A stretch of 62,939 nt of DNA, filler included, from Craspedostauros australis (lineage: Eukaryota), in NCBI GenBank assembly GCA_030167865.1. It is 10 parts of 10 records of this genome, joined end to end, with 100 filler letters (N's around TTAATTAATTAA, not from the genome) between each part and the next. Parts side by side here need not be neighbours in the genome. Positions count along the whole stretch, not along the records: positions 29,332 to 39,145 come from JALAGF010005779.1; positions 39,246 to 41,156 come from JALAGF010005780.1; positions 41,257 to 48,291 come from JALAGF010005781.1; 7 more parts are not named here. One strand, written 5' to 3'. Shown here in pieces: positions 30,514-43,310 of this stretch; the first letter of the stretch is position 1; the number at the start of each line of letters is the position of its first letter. Under the pieces are notes generated by a model that did no database searches, had not been told where the DNA came from, and saw nothing but the letters and a program-made list of their open reading frames with translations. A program made the translations under genes and the position numbers.

Positions 30514-31050
30514 ATGCCTCGCAGCAAGTTGTGGCCAGCGGTCAAGGAGACTCTTCGTGATGATCTCCTGCATGGAAGAATCACGGACGACATGAAACCT
30601 CGTGCTGTCTATGAACTGCGAGTCGAATACAAGCAAATCAACTACGTCAACTTCCGTACCAATCTTCGAACTCTTCGCAAGGCATGGGATGAACAAAAGC
30701 GACGTGCACAAGCTGATGCCCAGGCTTTCGAACGATTCAAGGCCCTTCCACCAATTGTGCACACTCGCCCTCGATGGAAGGGATCAAATGCAGAGGCACA
30801 GCTGGCAACTGACTTCGATGAGGGTCTGCACCTTGCCAAGAAGCCCAACGATCTCTACGAGTNGAATGTCGTGTACCACCAGTTCACGCTGAAGCAACTT
30901 CGCGATCACATCTATCAACTCAAGCGAAGCAAGATGGCATCGACGTACTGGTTGCAGCGACGCAAAAATGAGGAGGAGAATAGGAAAGCAATGCGCGAAC
31001 AACTCCTCAGCGCAGCACGCGCAGTCAACCAAGAACAGAATACTGAGTAG
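30514..31050 (+). CDS. 178-aa hypothetical protein with two internal helical repeats; redundant partial copies at 29729-30162 and 31199-31414
   Basis: Repeat 1 KETLRDDLLHG...KPRAVYELRVEY...NFRTNL; repeat 2 EAQLATDFDEG...KPNDLYE.NVVY...QLRDHI. Confidence 0.65.
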   Translation: MPRSKLWPAVKETLRDDLLHGRITDDMKPRAVYELRVEYKQINYVNFRTNLRTLRKAWDEQKRRAQADAQAFERFKALPPIVHTRPRWKGSNAEAQLATDFDEGLHLAKKPNDLYEXNVVYHQFTLKQLRDHIYQLKRSKMASTYWLQRRKNEEENRKAMREQLLSAARAVNQEQNTE

Positions 31051-31740
31051 ATTACCATACTAGTTGTCATTGTCATACTGCCTACAATATCTTTTCTGGC
31101 GCCAAGATGTTTCTACTTGTGGTCATGTTGTTGATGTCACACCCAGTANNNNNNNNNNNNNNNNNNNNNNNNNNNNNNNNNNNNNNNNNNNNNNNNNNAG
31201 GGATCAAATGCAGAGGCACAGCTGGCAACTGACTTCGATGAGGGTCTGCACCTTGCCAAGAAGCCCAACGATCTCTACGAGTTGAATGTCGTGTACCACC
31301 AGTTCACGCTGAAGCAACTTCGCGATCACATCTATCAACTCAAGCGAAGCAAGATGGCATCGACGTACTGGTTGCAGCGACGCAAAAATGAGGAGGAGAA
31401 TAGGAAAGCAATGCNNNNNNNNNNNNNNNNNNNNNNNNNNNNNNNNNNNNNNNNNNNNNNNNNNNNNNNNNNNNNNNNNNNNNNNNNNNNNNNNNNNNNN
31501 NNNNNNNNNNNTTTTCTGGCGCCAAGATGTTTCTACTTGTGGTCATGTTGTTGATGTCACACCCAGTATGTTGGCTGTTGCTCTCTCTGTGTTTGTGTTT
31601 GTGTACAGTAGAGCATTCGTATTTCTGTGTGGGCGAACAACATGAGCGGAAATGACGCACCCGGACAAGCCAACAGACAGAAGGAAACTTGTGTGTGTCT
31701 GCGACAAAGCCCCCACAGGGATCACTTGGAGGGACACTCT

Positions 31741-31885
31741 CGATTCAGAATCAGAATGGAAAAATTCTGAAGTTCTGAAGTTCTGAAGTTCTGACTCGAT
31801 TCTGAATCCGTTCTGAAAGTCTGAATCCGTTCTGAAATTCTGAATCCGTTCTGAATCGGAGCCNGATTCTGAATCAAGCTGAAAC
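31741..31885. repeat. Dense array of TTCTGA(A) motifs, including (TTCTGAAG)3 and GAATCCGTTCT repeats
   Basis: More than ten TCTGA(A) cores within ~145 bp, with inverted copies (TCAGAA) at the left edge. Confidence 0.85.
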
Positions 31886-32073
31886 ACGCCAGCCGTGCTC
31901 TCTGACACGGAAACAGACTGACACGCGTAACGCTAATATAACGTCTATACAAATTCAAATTATTGCTTCAGCACGAAGTTTGGTTACGCGGGACTCGATT
32001 GGAAACGTCATTGGGTTCCATGGACGGTCTGTCCGTCGTATTTATCCATGACTAATCCAAGTACCGGACGGTG

Positions 32074-34133
32074 CAGCCCTTTTGAAGTGCCGATTTCCAC
32101 CAACCAGCCTGTTTTGACACTATTTAGTGGCTCAAAACGTCCAGATGTCCATACGACATCTCATGGACACAGAGGTTTCCCATCGACTTGGAAGGTTAGT
32201 ATATAAATATAGACTAACTACACCACACAGGAAAAGTACNAGCCACNTCATATATGTTTGTCATGAATGCCATAGAATGCATGTAAATAGTCCATACGAA
32301 TATATAACATCTAATTAAGGGATAATTACTACTTTAGTTTGTTGGTATGTGCATAATCCACCTGTTTGCTCCGCCTCTTTGCGTTGTGGATCGTATTCTG
32401 ACCAAACCTTCATTGAAAAGGATAAAATGCGACATTCTAACAAGATCGGCGCATCGAGGGCATTCCCATGGGTATAAATCCAGCTTGCAAGTGACTGGAT
32501 CCAGCTAGAAGGTGTTGCAGATTATACGCGATCACATCATGTGATACCGCACAGTGACTGTGTGCGGTGTGCAGAGCTTTACCCAAACCTTCATATGAAA
32601 GATCCAACATTTAGAATTCTGCCAACCCCATCATTGCGGCGGCGCTTCAATGGGCACGGGAGTGGCTTGGGAGGATCTGGATCCTTCTTGAAGAAGTGCT
32701 GGTATCCAGATCTGCGGATCTTGTGATCCTGTGCGGCACACATGATGCTGTTCTCTATTCCAAGTATATATGCATTCCACAGGCTGTTTTGAGAGATCCG
32801 ACCAACCACACCACTCCAAGCGTGCCACATAGAATCCGAACATGGAGTTTGAAGTCATGGATCCGCCAGGAAGGGATCGAAATCTGCAAACGTGAATATC
32901 ATGCAGCACTGATCGTTGCACATCAAGCTATACGATGTTCTGAGCACATGTACGCAGAAAATTTCGATCACATACCAATCCAACGCTTTGTCCACTCCAA
33001 GCACATTCCAAAGAGTACGATCCTGGAGTTTGGGGTCCTAGATCTGTACGGCCATTATCGATATCTGCAGATGCCGATATTCCCCAGCACTGCGCGGGCC
33101 GGGAGTGTGCGATACGAATCGCACTGTACAGTATTCCGCATATCTATGCATCCGGCCAGCCGTCTTGAGAGATGCGACCAGTGAAGCTACTCCAAGCAGA
33201 CTCCGAAGGCGATGACCATGGAGTTGAAAGATCAAGACCTGTTTGGAAAGATGTAATTCTACAGATGCTGATGTCCAGTGGCACTTGGCAGCGCCGTGAC
33301 ATGTGAATCACCTGGGCGCATGCCGATATGCCTTGTTGACGCCTGTACGGCATCAAACAATATATCTGTACTCTGTGGAGTGTGTTGTGAGCCATCGAAG
33401 TATTGTATTGAAATATGATCGACATTTTCTATGCACGTATGCTCAGAACACTGTACAGCTTGGTGCGTACCGTTCAGTAAGTACTGTGTTATATTCATAC
33501 CTGCAGAATTAGATCGCTTCCAGACAGATCTAAGACTTCAAACTCCATGGCTGTAGTCTTTGGAGTGTGTTTGGAGTGGTGTAGCTGATCGGATCTCTCA
33601 AAACGGCCTGCCAAATGCATAGATATTCAGAAGACTACAGCACGATGCGTATCACACAGTATTACAATATTCACAGATTTGGATACCAGCATCTCTTCCA
33701 GACAGATATAGACACTCGCAAGTTGGTATTTTTCCGATTGGAATGCCCTCAATGCGCCGATCTTGTTAGAATGTAGTATTGCTATCTTTCCCAATGAAGG
33801 TTTCGTCTGAATACGATCCACAAGCAAGCACTTGGAGCAAACAGACGGGTGATGTGCTTATCTATGACTAAAACAGGCATTGATTCCCTTCATAAGATGC
33901 TATTCATTCTTGTGGACTAATTAATGGCATATTGTTACGAGTATTAACAAATAAATATGCTGTGGCTTGTACTTTTCATGTGTGGTATTGGCAGTCTAAA
34001 TTTATATACTAGCCATACGGGCCGACGCGAAACCTCTGTGTCCATGAGATGTCGCATGGACATTTTGACGGTTTGAGTCGGTAAGCAACACAAAACAGGC
34101 TGGTTGGTGGAAATCGGCACTTCAAAAGGGCTG
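32074..34133. mobile_element. Foldback/MITE-like element with very long imperfect inverted arms
   Basis: CAGCCCTTTTGAAGTGCCGATTTCCACCAACCAGCCTGTTTTG at 32074 is the exact reverse complement of the sequence ending at 34133. Patchy inverted homology continues inward to about 33020/33365. Confidence 0.8.
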
Positions 34134-34139
34134 GTTCGT

Positions 34140-37100
34140 GAATTTCCTCGAATAATCGCATGCGCTATGCGGAGAAAAAGGAATGGTGCGACATCCGACG
34201 TTCGTGTTCGTTTCGGAAGAGCATCACAGATCTGCATCGTGGCATACCAAGGATTCTCGCAGGGAAGCATGCATTTGTTCCGACCACAAGCATAAATATG
34301 TTTTGCAAACTGATTGGTCATGATGCAGCAACAAAACGATTGTTGATGTGCTTCAAAAGTGCACGACGGACCTGCGTTGGTGCCCAAGTTGCTGCCCGCA
34401 CGTCTCTTTTGCGACCTGATTGCTTGCGTCATTGCGCATGCGCAGTAAATGCACGACGTGCACATGTGCAAGTGCGGGGCAAGCACCATGCGCACGGAAA
34501 GTACACGCGCAGTGCATGCGCAGAAATCACCAACGCGTCTCCTGATGTGCGCATCTGCGGCGCGTTTCCCCAACTCCATGCATCTTCGCTTCATCCGCAC
34601 AATTCCCAACGGTGGCCATTCATCGGTGCATCCGCACAATTCCCACGACATCACTGCGACACTGTTCGGTCATGACTGTGACATAAATAATGTTCTAGAT
34701 CTACACAAGACTGAATAGACTAACATCATTGATCACTGAAAAGAATCATAAAACGACGAAAAGGCTGATTCTGTTCAATTTAATCGCTATCTAATGGCCA
34801 AGAACACTAGTAATTTATTTGATGCTCTGTTGTTTATTGCTTTTGAGCACTAAAAGTTAAAGTGGAAGTGACACCGTGATGGCAAGAGGTGGGATCGGAT
34901 TCATGTCGTATCGGACTTGCACAAGACATGAGAAAGACATATTTTTGCATCAAAACGCGAGACGACACGAATGTGCAGAGAATGTGCAGATCGTCGGGAA
35001 GATGTTGACAAATGTGCGGATGCGCGGAAAATGTGCAGATCGTTGGGAAGATGCTGACAGATGTCCGGGGAGCAGGGGAAATAGACGACATTTTCCCGGA
35101 TGTAGGGAAAATGTCAGCATTTCCTGTTATTGTTTTCCTGTATTTCCCAAGATTGCAAAACGAGTCCCATTGCATCTGTTTGGCATCATGTGTAGTGCTT
35201 TGTAAGAACTTCACATGTACCATGTCGACTGCTCCATGTGTTGTACAATGATACCATCAACTTTGTGTATCGCGATTTCCGAGACACGTTCAAGTCGTGT
35301 TGTTTTCGNNNNNNNNNNNNNNNNNNNNNNNNNNNNNNNNNNNNNNNNNNNNNNNNNNNNNNNNNNNNNNNNNNNNNNNNNNNTTAGTCGCTTCGCCCAT
35401 GCACGTTTCTTCGCAAATCCGATTGCTGTTGCGCGATACACAGATGGCACTCATTGGTGGTGGATTGCTGCAAGCAGAACAAGTGTGCGCATTCACGTGC
35501 GTCATGCGGAGAACAGAGCAGTTGTGATTCAAAGACGGCGGAGCGGTCTATTTACACTCATGACTGAACACCTGGTTGTCTGATGTTTGCTTGTATTCAT
35601 AAGGGAAGAGAGATANNNNNNNNNNNNNNNNNNNNNNNNNNNNNNNNNNNNNNNNNNNNNNNNNNTTTGCTTGTATTCATAAGGGAAGAGAGATACAGAG
35701 TATGCGGGAGTGCAGTAGAGTGGAGGAGTACAGCGCCTGTGTTCTGATACGAATGTGAATGTGAAGAGTGCCAGCATGAGCATTCATGGTGCCATGTATT
35801 GGTTTTGGGGTTGGTACTCACACATTGCCGCACACTAATGTCACGCTGCGTGCCCAAGGTGCATGCGAAGAAATGTGCTGTTTCATTGCATTGCCGCATA
35901 CCCAGCACTGTCGGAATGTGTGGTGAAGCGCGAGCATGCTCTTTTCCTTCCACCACACAGAGAAAGTTCTGGCATTCCCGTTCTCAACCTCAACTTGGCA
36001 TCCTGATGCAAGGCGAGACCCGATGTGGAGGATGTGAATGCAGAACACCATTGTTACAGACGTGGTAACAAAGAACAATGTCCTGTGCATACTTATCCTG
36101 AGGATGACGACAACATGTTTGCGACAATTGCAGTGTTGCTCTTCTCCGCTTGCACTTGGGCTTGTTCCTTGACAACGGAATAGTGGTGTGCGCTATTTGC
36201 AGCCAAGCAATGGCGCAACATCTGACATTCGTGTTCGTTTCAGCAAAGCATCACAGGTCTGGAGGACAGGGTAAAATGATTCTTGTATGGAAGCATGCGT
36301 TTGTTTCCGCCACAAGCATAAATGTCATTCGCAAACTGGTTGGTCATGATGCATCAACAAACGCGATTGTCGATGTGCTCCAACAGTGTGCGACGGACCT
36401 GCGCCGGCGTGCAATTTGCTGTCCATGTGTCGCCCCGCACGTCTGATCGCTACGTCATTGCACACGGAAAGTGGATGCGCAAGCGCAGCCAAAGTGCACG
36501 TGCAGCGGATGTCCGGCGGATGCGCAACACAAGTGCAATGCATGTGTTGCAGTTGTGCGCACTCCACATGCGCTTCGACTGCACATGCACATGCACATGC
36601 ACATGCACTTTCCGTGCACATGCACTTGCACTTTCCGCGCACATGCAGATGCACACGCACTTTTCATGCACATGCACATGCACATGCACATGCACATGCA
36701 CTTTTCCTGTGCCTGCATTTTCCCTGCTCATGCACATGCACATGCACATGCACAGCACTATTCCTGCGCCTGCATTTTCCCTGCTCGTGCGCATGCACCG
36801 CACTTCGACTGCGCTTTTCCTTGCGCCTGCATTTTCCCTGCGCATGCACTGCACATGCACATGCACTGCACTTTTCCTGCACATGCATTTTCCCTGCAGA
36901 TGCATTTTCCCCTGGGAGCAGGGGAAATAGACGACATTTTCCCGGATGTAGGGAAAATGTCAGCATTTCCTGTTATTGTTTTCCTATATTTCCCAGCACT
37001 ACAAAACGAGTCCCATTGCATCTGTTAGGCATCATGTGTAGTGCTTTGTAAGAACTTCACATGTACCATGTCGACTNNNNNNNNNNNNNNNNNNNNNNNN

Positions 37101-39145
37101 NNNNNNNNNNNNNNNNNNNNNNNNNNNNNNNNNNNNNNNNNNNNNNNNNNNNNNNNNNNNNNNNNNNNNNNNNNNNNNNNNNNNNNNNNNNNNNNNNNNN
37201 NNNNNNNNNNNNNNNNNNNNNNNNNNNNNTTAGTCGCTTCGCCCATGCACGTTTCTTCGCAAATCCGATTGCTGTTGCACGATACACAGATGGCACTCAT
37301 TGGTGGTGGATTGCTGCAAGCAGAGCAACTGTGCGCATTCAAGTGCGTCATGCGGAGAACAGAGCAGTTGTGATTCGAAGACGGCGGAGNNNNNNNNNNN
37401 NNNNNNNNNNNNNNNNNNNNNNNNNNNNNNNNNNNNNNNCCACGCACAAAGGAGGTAACGCACACCAGAGCCAAACCATCGACAACACAAGGAATGAACG
37501 TAACACTGAACCTTTCACAACATCACCATCGAGGCCGCTGGATACCATCTCAGTCTGGCATCGACCGTCCATGACGTCACCATTTTCGTCCACGGTGAGG
37601 ACAAGCCAGCCATGTACTTGTGTCGTAGAAGCTAGCTAAATATATCTAACCCTAATAGACAACACGAAAAATTGATGTCTAAAAATATCACGTCTCAGTA
37701 TCTCAAATCCGCAGAATAATACTCGACTTCGCTGAATGGGGCCATATACACTCATGACTGAACACCTGGTTGTCTGAAGTTTGCTTGTATTCATAAGGGA
37801 AGAGAGATACAGAGTATGCGGGAGTGCAGTAGAGTGGAGGAGTACAGCGCCTGTGTTCTGATAAGAATGTGAATGTGAAGAGTGCCAGCATGAGCATTCA
37901 TGGTGCCGCGTATCGGTTTTGGGGTTGGTGCTGACGCATCGCGGCGCACCAATGTCACGCTGTGTACTCAAGGTGCATGCGAAGAAATGTGCTGTTTCAT
38001 TCCATTGCCGCATACCCAGCACTGTCAGAATGTGTGGTGAAGCACGAGCATGCTCTTCTCCTTCCACCACACAGAGAAAGTTCTGGCATTCCCGTTCTCA
38101 GCCTCAACTTGGCATCCTGATGGAAGGCGAGACCTGATGTGGAGGATGTGAATGCAGAACGCCATTGTTACAGACGTGGTAACAAAGAACAATGTCCTGT
38201 GCATACTTATCCTGAGGATGATGACAACATGTTTGCGACAATTGCAGTGTTGCTCTTCTNNNNNNNNNNNNNNNNNNNNNNNNNNNNNNNNNNNNNNNNN
38301 NNNNNNNNNCACCACACAGAGAAAGTTCTGGCATTCCCGTTCTCAGCCTCAACTTGGCATCCTGATGCAAGGCGAGACCCGATGTGGAGGATGTGAATGC
38401 AGAACGCCATTGTTACAGATGTGGTAACAAAGAACAATGTCCTGTGCATACTTATCCTGAGGATGATGACAACATGTTTGCGACAATTGCAGTGTTGCTC
38501 TTCTCCGCTCGCGCTTGGGCTTGTTCCTCGACAACGGAATAGTGGTGTGCGCTATTTGCAGCCAAGCAATGGCGCAACATCTGAAGTTCGTGTTCGTTTC
38601 AGCAAAGCATCACAGGTCTGGAGGACAGGGTAAAATGATTCTTGTATGGAAGCATGCGTTTGTTTCCGCCACAAGCATAAATGTCATTCGCAAACTGGTT
38701 GGTCATGATGCATCTACAAACACGATTATCGATGTGCTCCGGCAGTGTGCGACGGACCTGCGCCAGCGTGCAATTTGCTGTCCATGTGTCGCCCCGCGCG
38801 TCTGATCGCTGCGTGATTGCACATGGAAAGTGGATGCGCAAGCGCAGCCAAAGTGCACGTGCAGCGGATGTCCGGCNNNNNNNNNNNNNNNNNNNNNNNN
38901 NNNNNNNNNNNNNNNNNNNNNNNNNNNNNNNNNNNNNNNNNNNNNNNNNNNNNNNNNNNNNNNNNNNNNNNNNNNNNNNNNNNNNNNNNNNNNNNNNNNN
39001 NACTGCACTGCACATGCACATGCACTTGCACTTGCACTTTCCGCGCACATGCACTTCACATGCAGATGCACACGCACTTTTCATGCACATGCACTTTCCG
39101 CGCACATGCACTTCACACGCAGATGCACACGCACTTTTCATGCAC
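34140..39145. repeat. ~2-kb unit macro-repeat (about 2-3 diverged copies)
   Basis: Shared blocks recur at ~34180/36210/38570, ~35068/36915 and ~35555/37748. Confidence 0.8.
36578..36910. repeat. (TGCACA)n hexamer microsatellite interspersed with GCATTTTCCCT units; second tract at 39002-39145
   Basis: Direct read; translates as (HM)n/(CT)n/(AH)n pseudo-ORFs. Confidence 0.92.
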
Positions 39146-39245
39146 NNNNNNNNNNNNNNNNNNNNNNNNNNNNNNNNNNNNNNNNNNNNTTAATTAATTA
39201 ANNNNNNNNNNNNNNNNNNNNNNNNNNNNNNNNNNNNNNNNNNNN

Positions 39246-41156
39246 CTTCGGGAGTGGCGGGAGACGATTCTCCTCAAGCAAATCGTTGATGTCGATTGCC
39301 TTGCTCGCCACGTCGTATGCTCCGATCACACCGATGGTCATCAGCATGAAGTACACACTCCGCACTTCCATGTGGTTCTCGTCGATGCCTTGGTATGCCT
39401 CCATCGCGTCATAGCAGATGAGCGAGAGGTCGGAACGAACATCATTCGCAGGCATCACGTTGGACAGCGAGCNNNNNNNNNNNNNNNNNNNNNNNNNNNN
39501 NNNNNNNNNNNNNNNNNNNNNNNNNNNNNNNNNNNNNNNNNNNGGCACGTCTCCCTTTGGTCCTCCTGGGATGAGGATCAAGAATGGGCAGAACGGGCAG
39601 TCAACACACCACGAGAACAAAGGCCCTTTGGTAAGGCACAGTGGGCACCACGCGTTGTCGTTGTCGCGCCGAGACGCGGTCTCGATCAATCCGTCCAAAT
39701 AGGAGCGGATGGGGCGTACGTTGTAGATCGGCTCTGATCGCCTTGCTGAGGCCGTCGCGTGGAGATCGATGCCGGGCATCGCGATCTCGTTGCTTTCGGT
39801 TTCGTCAGCTTCGCTCTCATCAGACGAGAACAAGTTGTCGCTCATCATGCGATCCGCGTCGACTTGCGGTCCGTAGTAACCGTAGTCGTTNNNNNNNNNN
39901 NNNNNNNNNNNNNNNNNNNNNNNNNNNNNNNNNNNNNNNNNNNNNNNNNNNNNNNNNNNNNNNNNNNNNNNTCCGTCGACGACCACGAGAGCCATGTCCT
40001 CCATGAGGTTTTCGATGTTGCTCTCCGTGTCGTGGGTGCGGGTTGTCACGATTTCGTGGTCGGTGAGAATTTGTTTTTCGCTCACATTTTTGGTGTTGCG
40101 CGCGATTTCTCCATCTTCCGCGATTTCGTGACATAACATCACTTCATCGACGCTGACCAGCGCGACGTCGTCCATGCCGTCCATCCCGTCGGTAGCCACA
40201 TTGGCTGAGTCCGCGTCCNNNNNNNNNNNNNNNNNNNNNNNNNNNNNNNNNNNNNNNNNNNNNNNNNNCATGCGATCCGCGTCGACTTGCGGTCCGTAGT
40301 AACCGTAGTCGTTCGGGCTGCGGATCCCAACCACTTCGATCGATCCCTCGTCATTGTTGTTGTTGGTTCCGTTGTAGAACCCTGCGGCCAAGTCTCCGTC
40401 GACGACCACGAGAGCCATGTCCTCCATGAGGTTTTCGATGTTGCTCTCCGTGTCGTGGGTGCGGGCTGTCACGATTTCGTGGTCGGTGAGAATTTGTTTT
40501 TCGCTCACATTTTTGGTGTTGCGCGCGATTTCTCCATCTTCCGCGATTCCGTGACACAACATCACTTCATCGACGCTGACCAGCGCGACGTCGTCCATGC
40601 CGTCCATCCCGTCGGTAGCCACATTGGCTGAGTCCGCGTCCTTCATCGCTGCTCTCAACTTGAAGCATTGCACGATCTTGTGGCCTGTCTTGCCACAGAA
40701 CTTGCACTTGCCATTGAAGCCTCCGGCACTGAAGTTGCCGTTGTTGCGGTTGCCGTTGCCGCGGTTGCCGTTCTTCTTGGCGCCACCGCCTTGCTTGCCA
40801 TTGCCGTTGCCGCTCTTGGTTGGGGAGCGACAGTCCGCCTTCTTGTGCCCGTAGACGCCACAGTTGCGACAGTTGCCCTTGAACCCGCCGATCGCGGCCA
40901 AGGCCATCTCNTCCTTGCCATGGTNGCCTCCTTCGNGCTTAGAACCATGTTTGGTATGGTGGCGGTCGTAGGTGAGGCACACGGCCTCGCGGATGTCTTC
41001 AACTGTCATCTTGTCTTCTTTGCCTGCGAATTTGAGCTCTATGAGCTTCACGTCCATCTCGTAGTCTCTCCTGAGAGCGTTGAGCACAAGCATGTTGTAT
41101 TGCTCGGCGTCCATCTTCACGCCAGCACTCTCCAAACGGTTGCGGAGCACCTCCAT
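39246..41156 (-). mobile_element. Copia gag fragment with two zinc knuckles and a long post-gag spacer, related to the 23157-29231 element
   Basis: CRNCGVYGHKKADC, CKFCGKTGHKIVQC and AAMKDADSANVATDGM, all nearly identical to the gag at 27738-29138. Confidence 0.88.
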
Positions 41157-42007
41157 NNNNNNNNNNNNNNNNNNNNNNNNNNNNNNNNNNNNNNNNNNNN
41201 TTAATTAATTAANNNNNNNNNNNNNNNNNNNNNNNNNNNNNNNNNNNNNNNNNNNNAAATCATGAACGCCTTTCCTTGTTGTGGTTGCTGCCACATCAAC
41301 TGCGATCATCACATCGCTGAAAACCTGTGCGCAAGTGAGAGCTTTTCGTGAGAGTTCAGGTGTCATCATCCTTGTTTGCACAGCACAATCCGCGCCCGAC
41401 AGATTGTCGTTGCCGCGTCTGCTCGTCTGTATCGTTGGCCACGAACTTCTCGTCGTGTGTTTGGACGACCGCTGCGACTAAAGTTACTTATGCCTACGAC
41501 ATACTCTCTCTGTGCAACACTGCTCAGCGACTCCCTCCAGCAAAGCGACCATTGAAACGTGCATTCTTTTCTCACCTCATTCCAGGGACTGAGCCGAACT
41601 AATTCTCCCGAACAAAGTTTTTGCGAAGAACGATCGACATCTTGGCGCTTCTCGATGAGATCGCGCATCACCGCTTCCAGAAAAAATACAGAGGCTGGTA
41701 CAGATCTTGGCGTTCGTGCATCAATCTGTCTTGTGTCCGTATATGTTCTTCAGTCTTGTCCGAGTGTATCGGATAGAATATGTTCGATAGTGTCCGTTAA
41801 TATATGGTCAGTCTTGTTTGAATCCCTCCAGAACCATCAGACTCTCTGCTCTTTCTCTCTCCAAACAGAGAGAGATGATACAAGTATTATATGCGACGAC
41901 TCTTAGTCCCAAAGTCTCTGTCATAACGCCATACTGGTACTCCATGACAGGACGCATGGCGAGTTGAAAGATGGAAGGACAGATACGAAGGCATCGATCG
42001 AAACTCA

Positions 42008-43032
42008 TGATGTTTATCAGATCAAAAGTCTATATTCACCTTAGTCTATGTCTAGTCTTGTTCTCCGTAGACTGTGTCAGGTCACGCATGAGACTTTTGG
42101 TCATGAACCGTTTTCTCTTTCTCTGTTGACCTAATTTACCGCAACTCCCAACGGCGCTCAGATACCTGTCTTGGTATCTGAAGATGGTAATGAGTTGAAG
42201 GATGGATGTCAGGCCCTGCTTGTCATCCTCCTTATGTGCACATGANNNNNNATGTCTACTGTCTTGGTGAGTGAATGTACCTGAGCATCTTGGCTCAGAT
42301 ACAAGCTCATCAATCCCATCAAATTTGGCAAGATCGCATTTCTGCAATGATCGGATTTTGCTGCATGCATCATTGTTGTTCCAAGAAGCAAGATCAGTCT
42401 TGGAGGTGCCATGAACCTCCTCAGTCTTGCAAACTCGACANNNNNNNNNNNNNNNNNNNNNNNNNNNNNNNNNNNNNNNNNNNNNNNNNNCCAAGAAGCA
42501 AGATCAGTCTTGGAGGTGCCATGAACCTCCTCAGTCTTGCAAACTCGACAACACCTTCATGCTCTCCACTTCATACACTGTAATTCATGCACTGCACTTC
42601 ATGCTCTGCTGTGTGTTGCAACACATGTTGCCTCAACATCATTTTCATCATTTCATCTCCATCTGCTCACAATTCAGACTCCAACAGTTCTGAATTGGGC
42701 CAGCTTACATACCAACTAACTTCAATTAACCACTCAGAGCACAACAACACTATTACACAGCTTCACTCTACTTCATTGACGGACTTGATCACTCCCAATT
42801 TTGAGGTAAGTACCCATCTTTCATCTGTGTTCTATCAGATTAACAGTCGCAATCGCCTACATCCTATGCTGAACGCGTGAACCATCGTCATTTCCCATTG
42901 TCATTGAGCATTCATCAAAATCATCATCTTGCAACATCGCGTGACGACGTGAAGTTGATTCCATCTCTGTGACTTCAGCTTTGCTGCGCAGAACATCAGA
43001 GCCAATCGGCTTGTGCACACTCACTTCCATCA
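42008..43032 (+). repeat. Candidate 5' LTR of the downstream copia element
   Basis: TGATG...CATCA ends located before an A/C-rich leader and the gag ATG. No second LTR is available to confirm the boundaries. Confidence 0.3.
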
Positions 43033-43310
43033 CTTTTAGACGCATTCGTCAGTGATATCCATTGCCTTGTTACCCAAGTACTTCATCAAACACATCATCC
43101 ATTTGGTATCGATCACATCCGATCTACCAACACATCATCCATTTGGTATTGATCACACCCGATCTACCAACACTTCAACAATCAAACAATCAAACAATCA
43201 AACAATCAATCACACACAAACAATCACACACAAACATCAATACAAACAATCAAACGCAATCAAACACAAACAAACAAAAACAAACACAATCAAACAAACT
43301 ACATTCCAAG

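Noticed and set aside
31741..31885. TTCTGAAG repeats as heat-shock elements or a CRISPR array
   Set aside because: Spacing is GAAnTTC, not GAAnnTTC; no unique spacers of constant length and no cas genes.
36322..37051. His/Met/Cys-rich ORFs as metal-binding proteins
   Set aside because: They arise in all six frames from the stop-free (TGCACA)n microsatellite.
43062..43310. Gln/Asn/Thr-rich N-terminal extension of the copia polyprotein
   Set aside because: Non-ATG start in a CAAA-rich untranslated leader; first ATG is at 43311.
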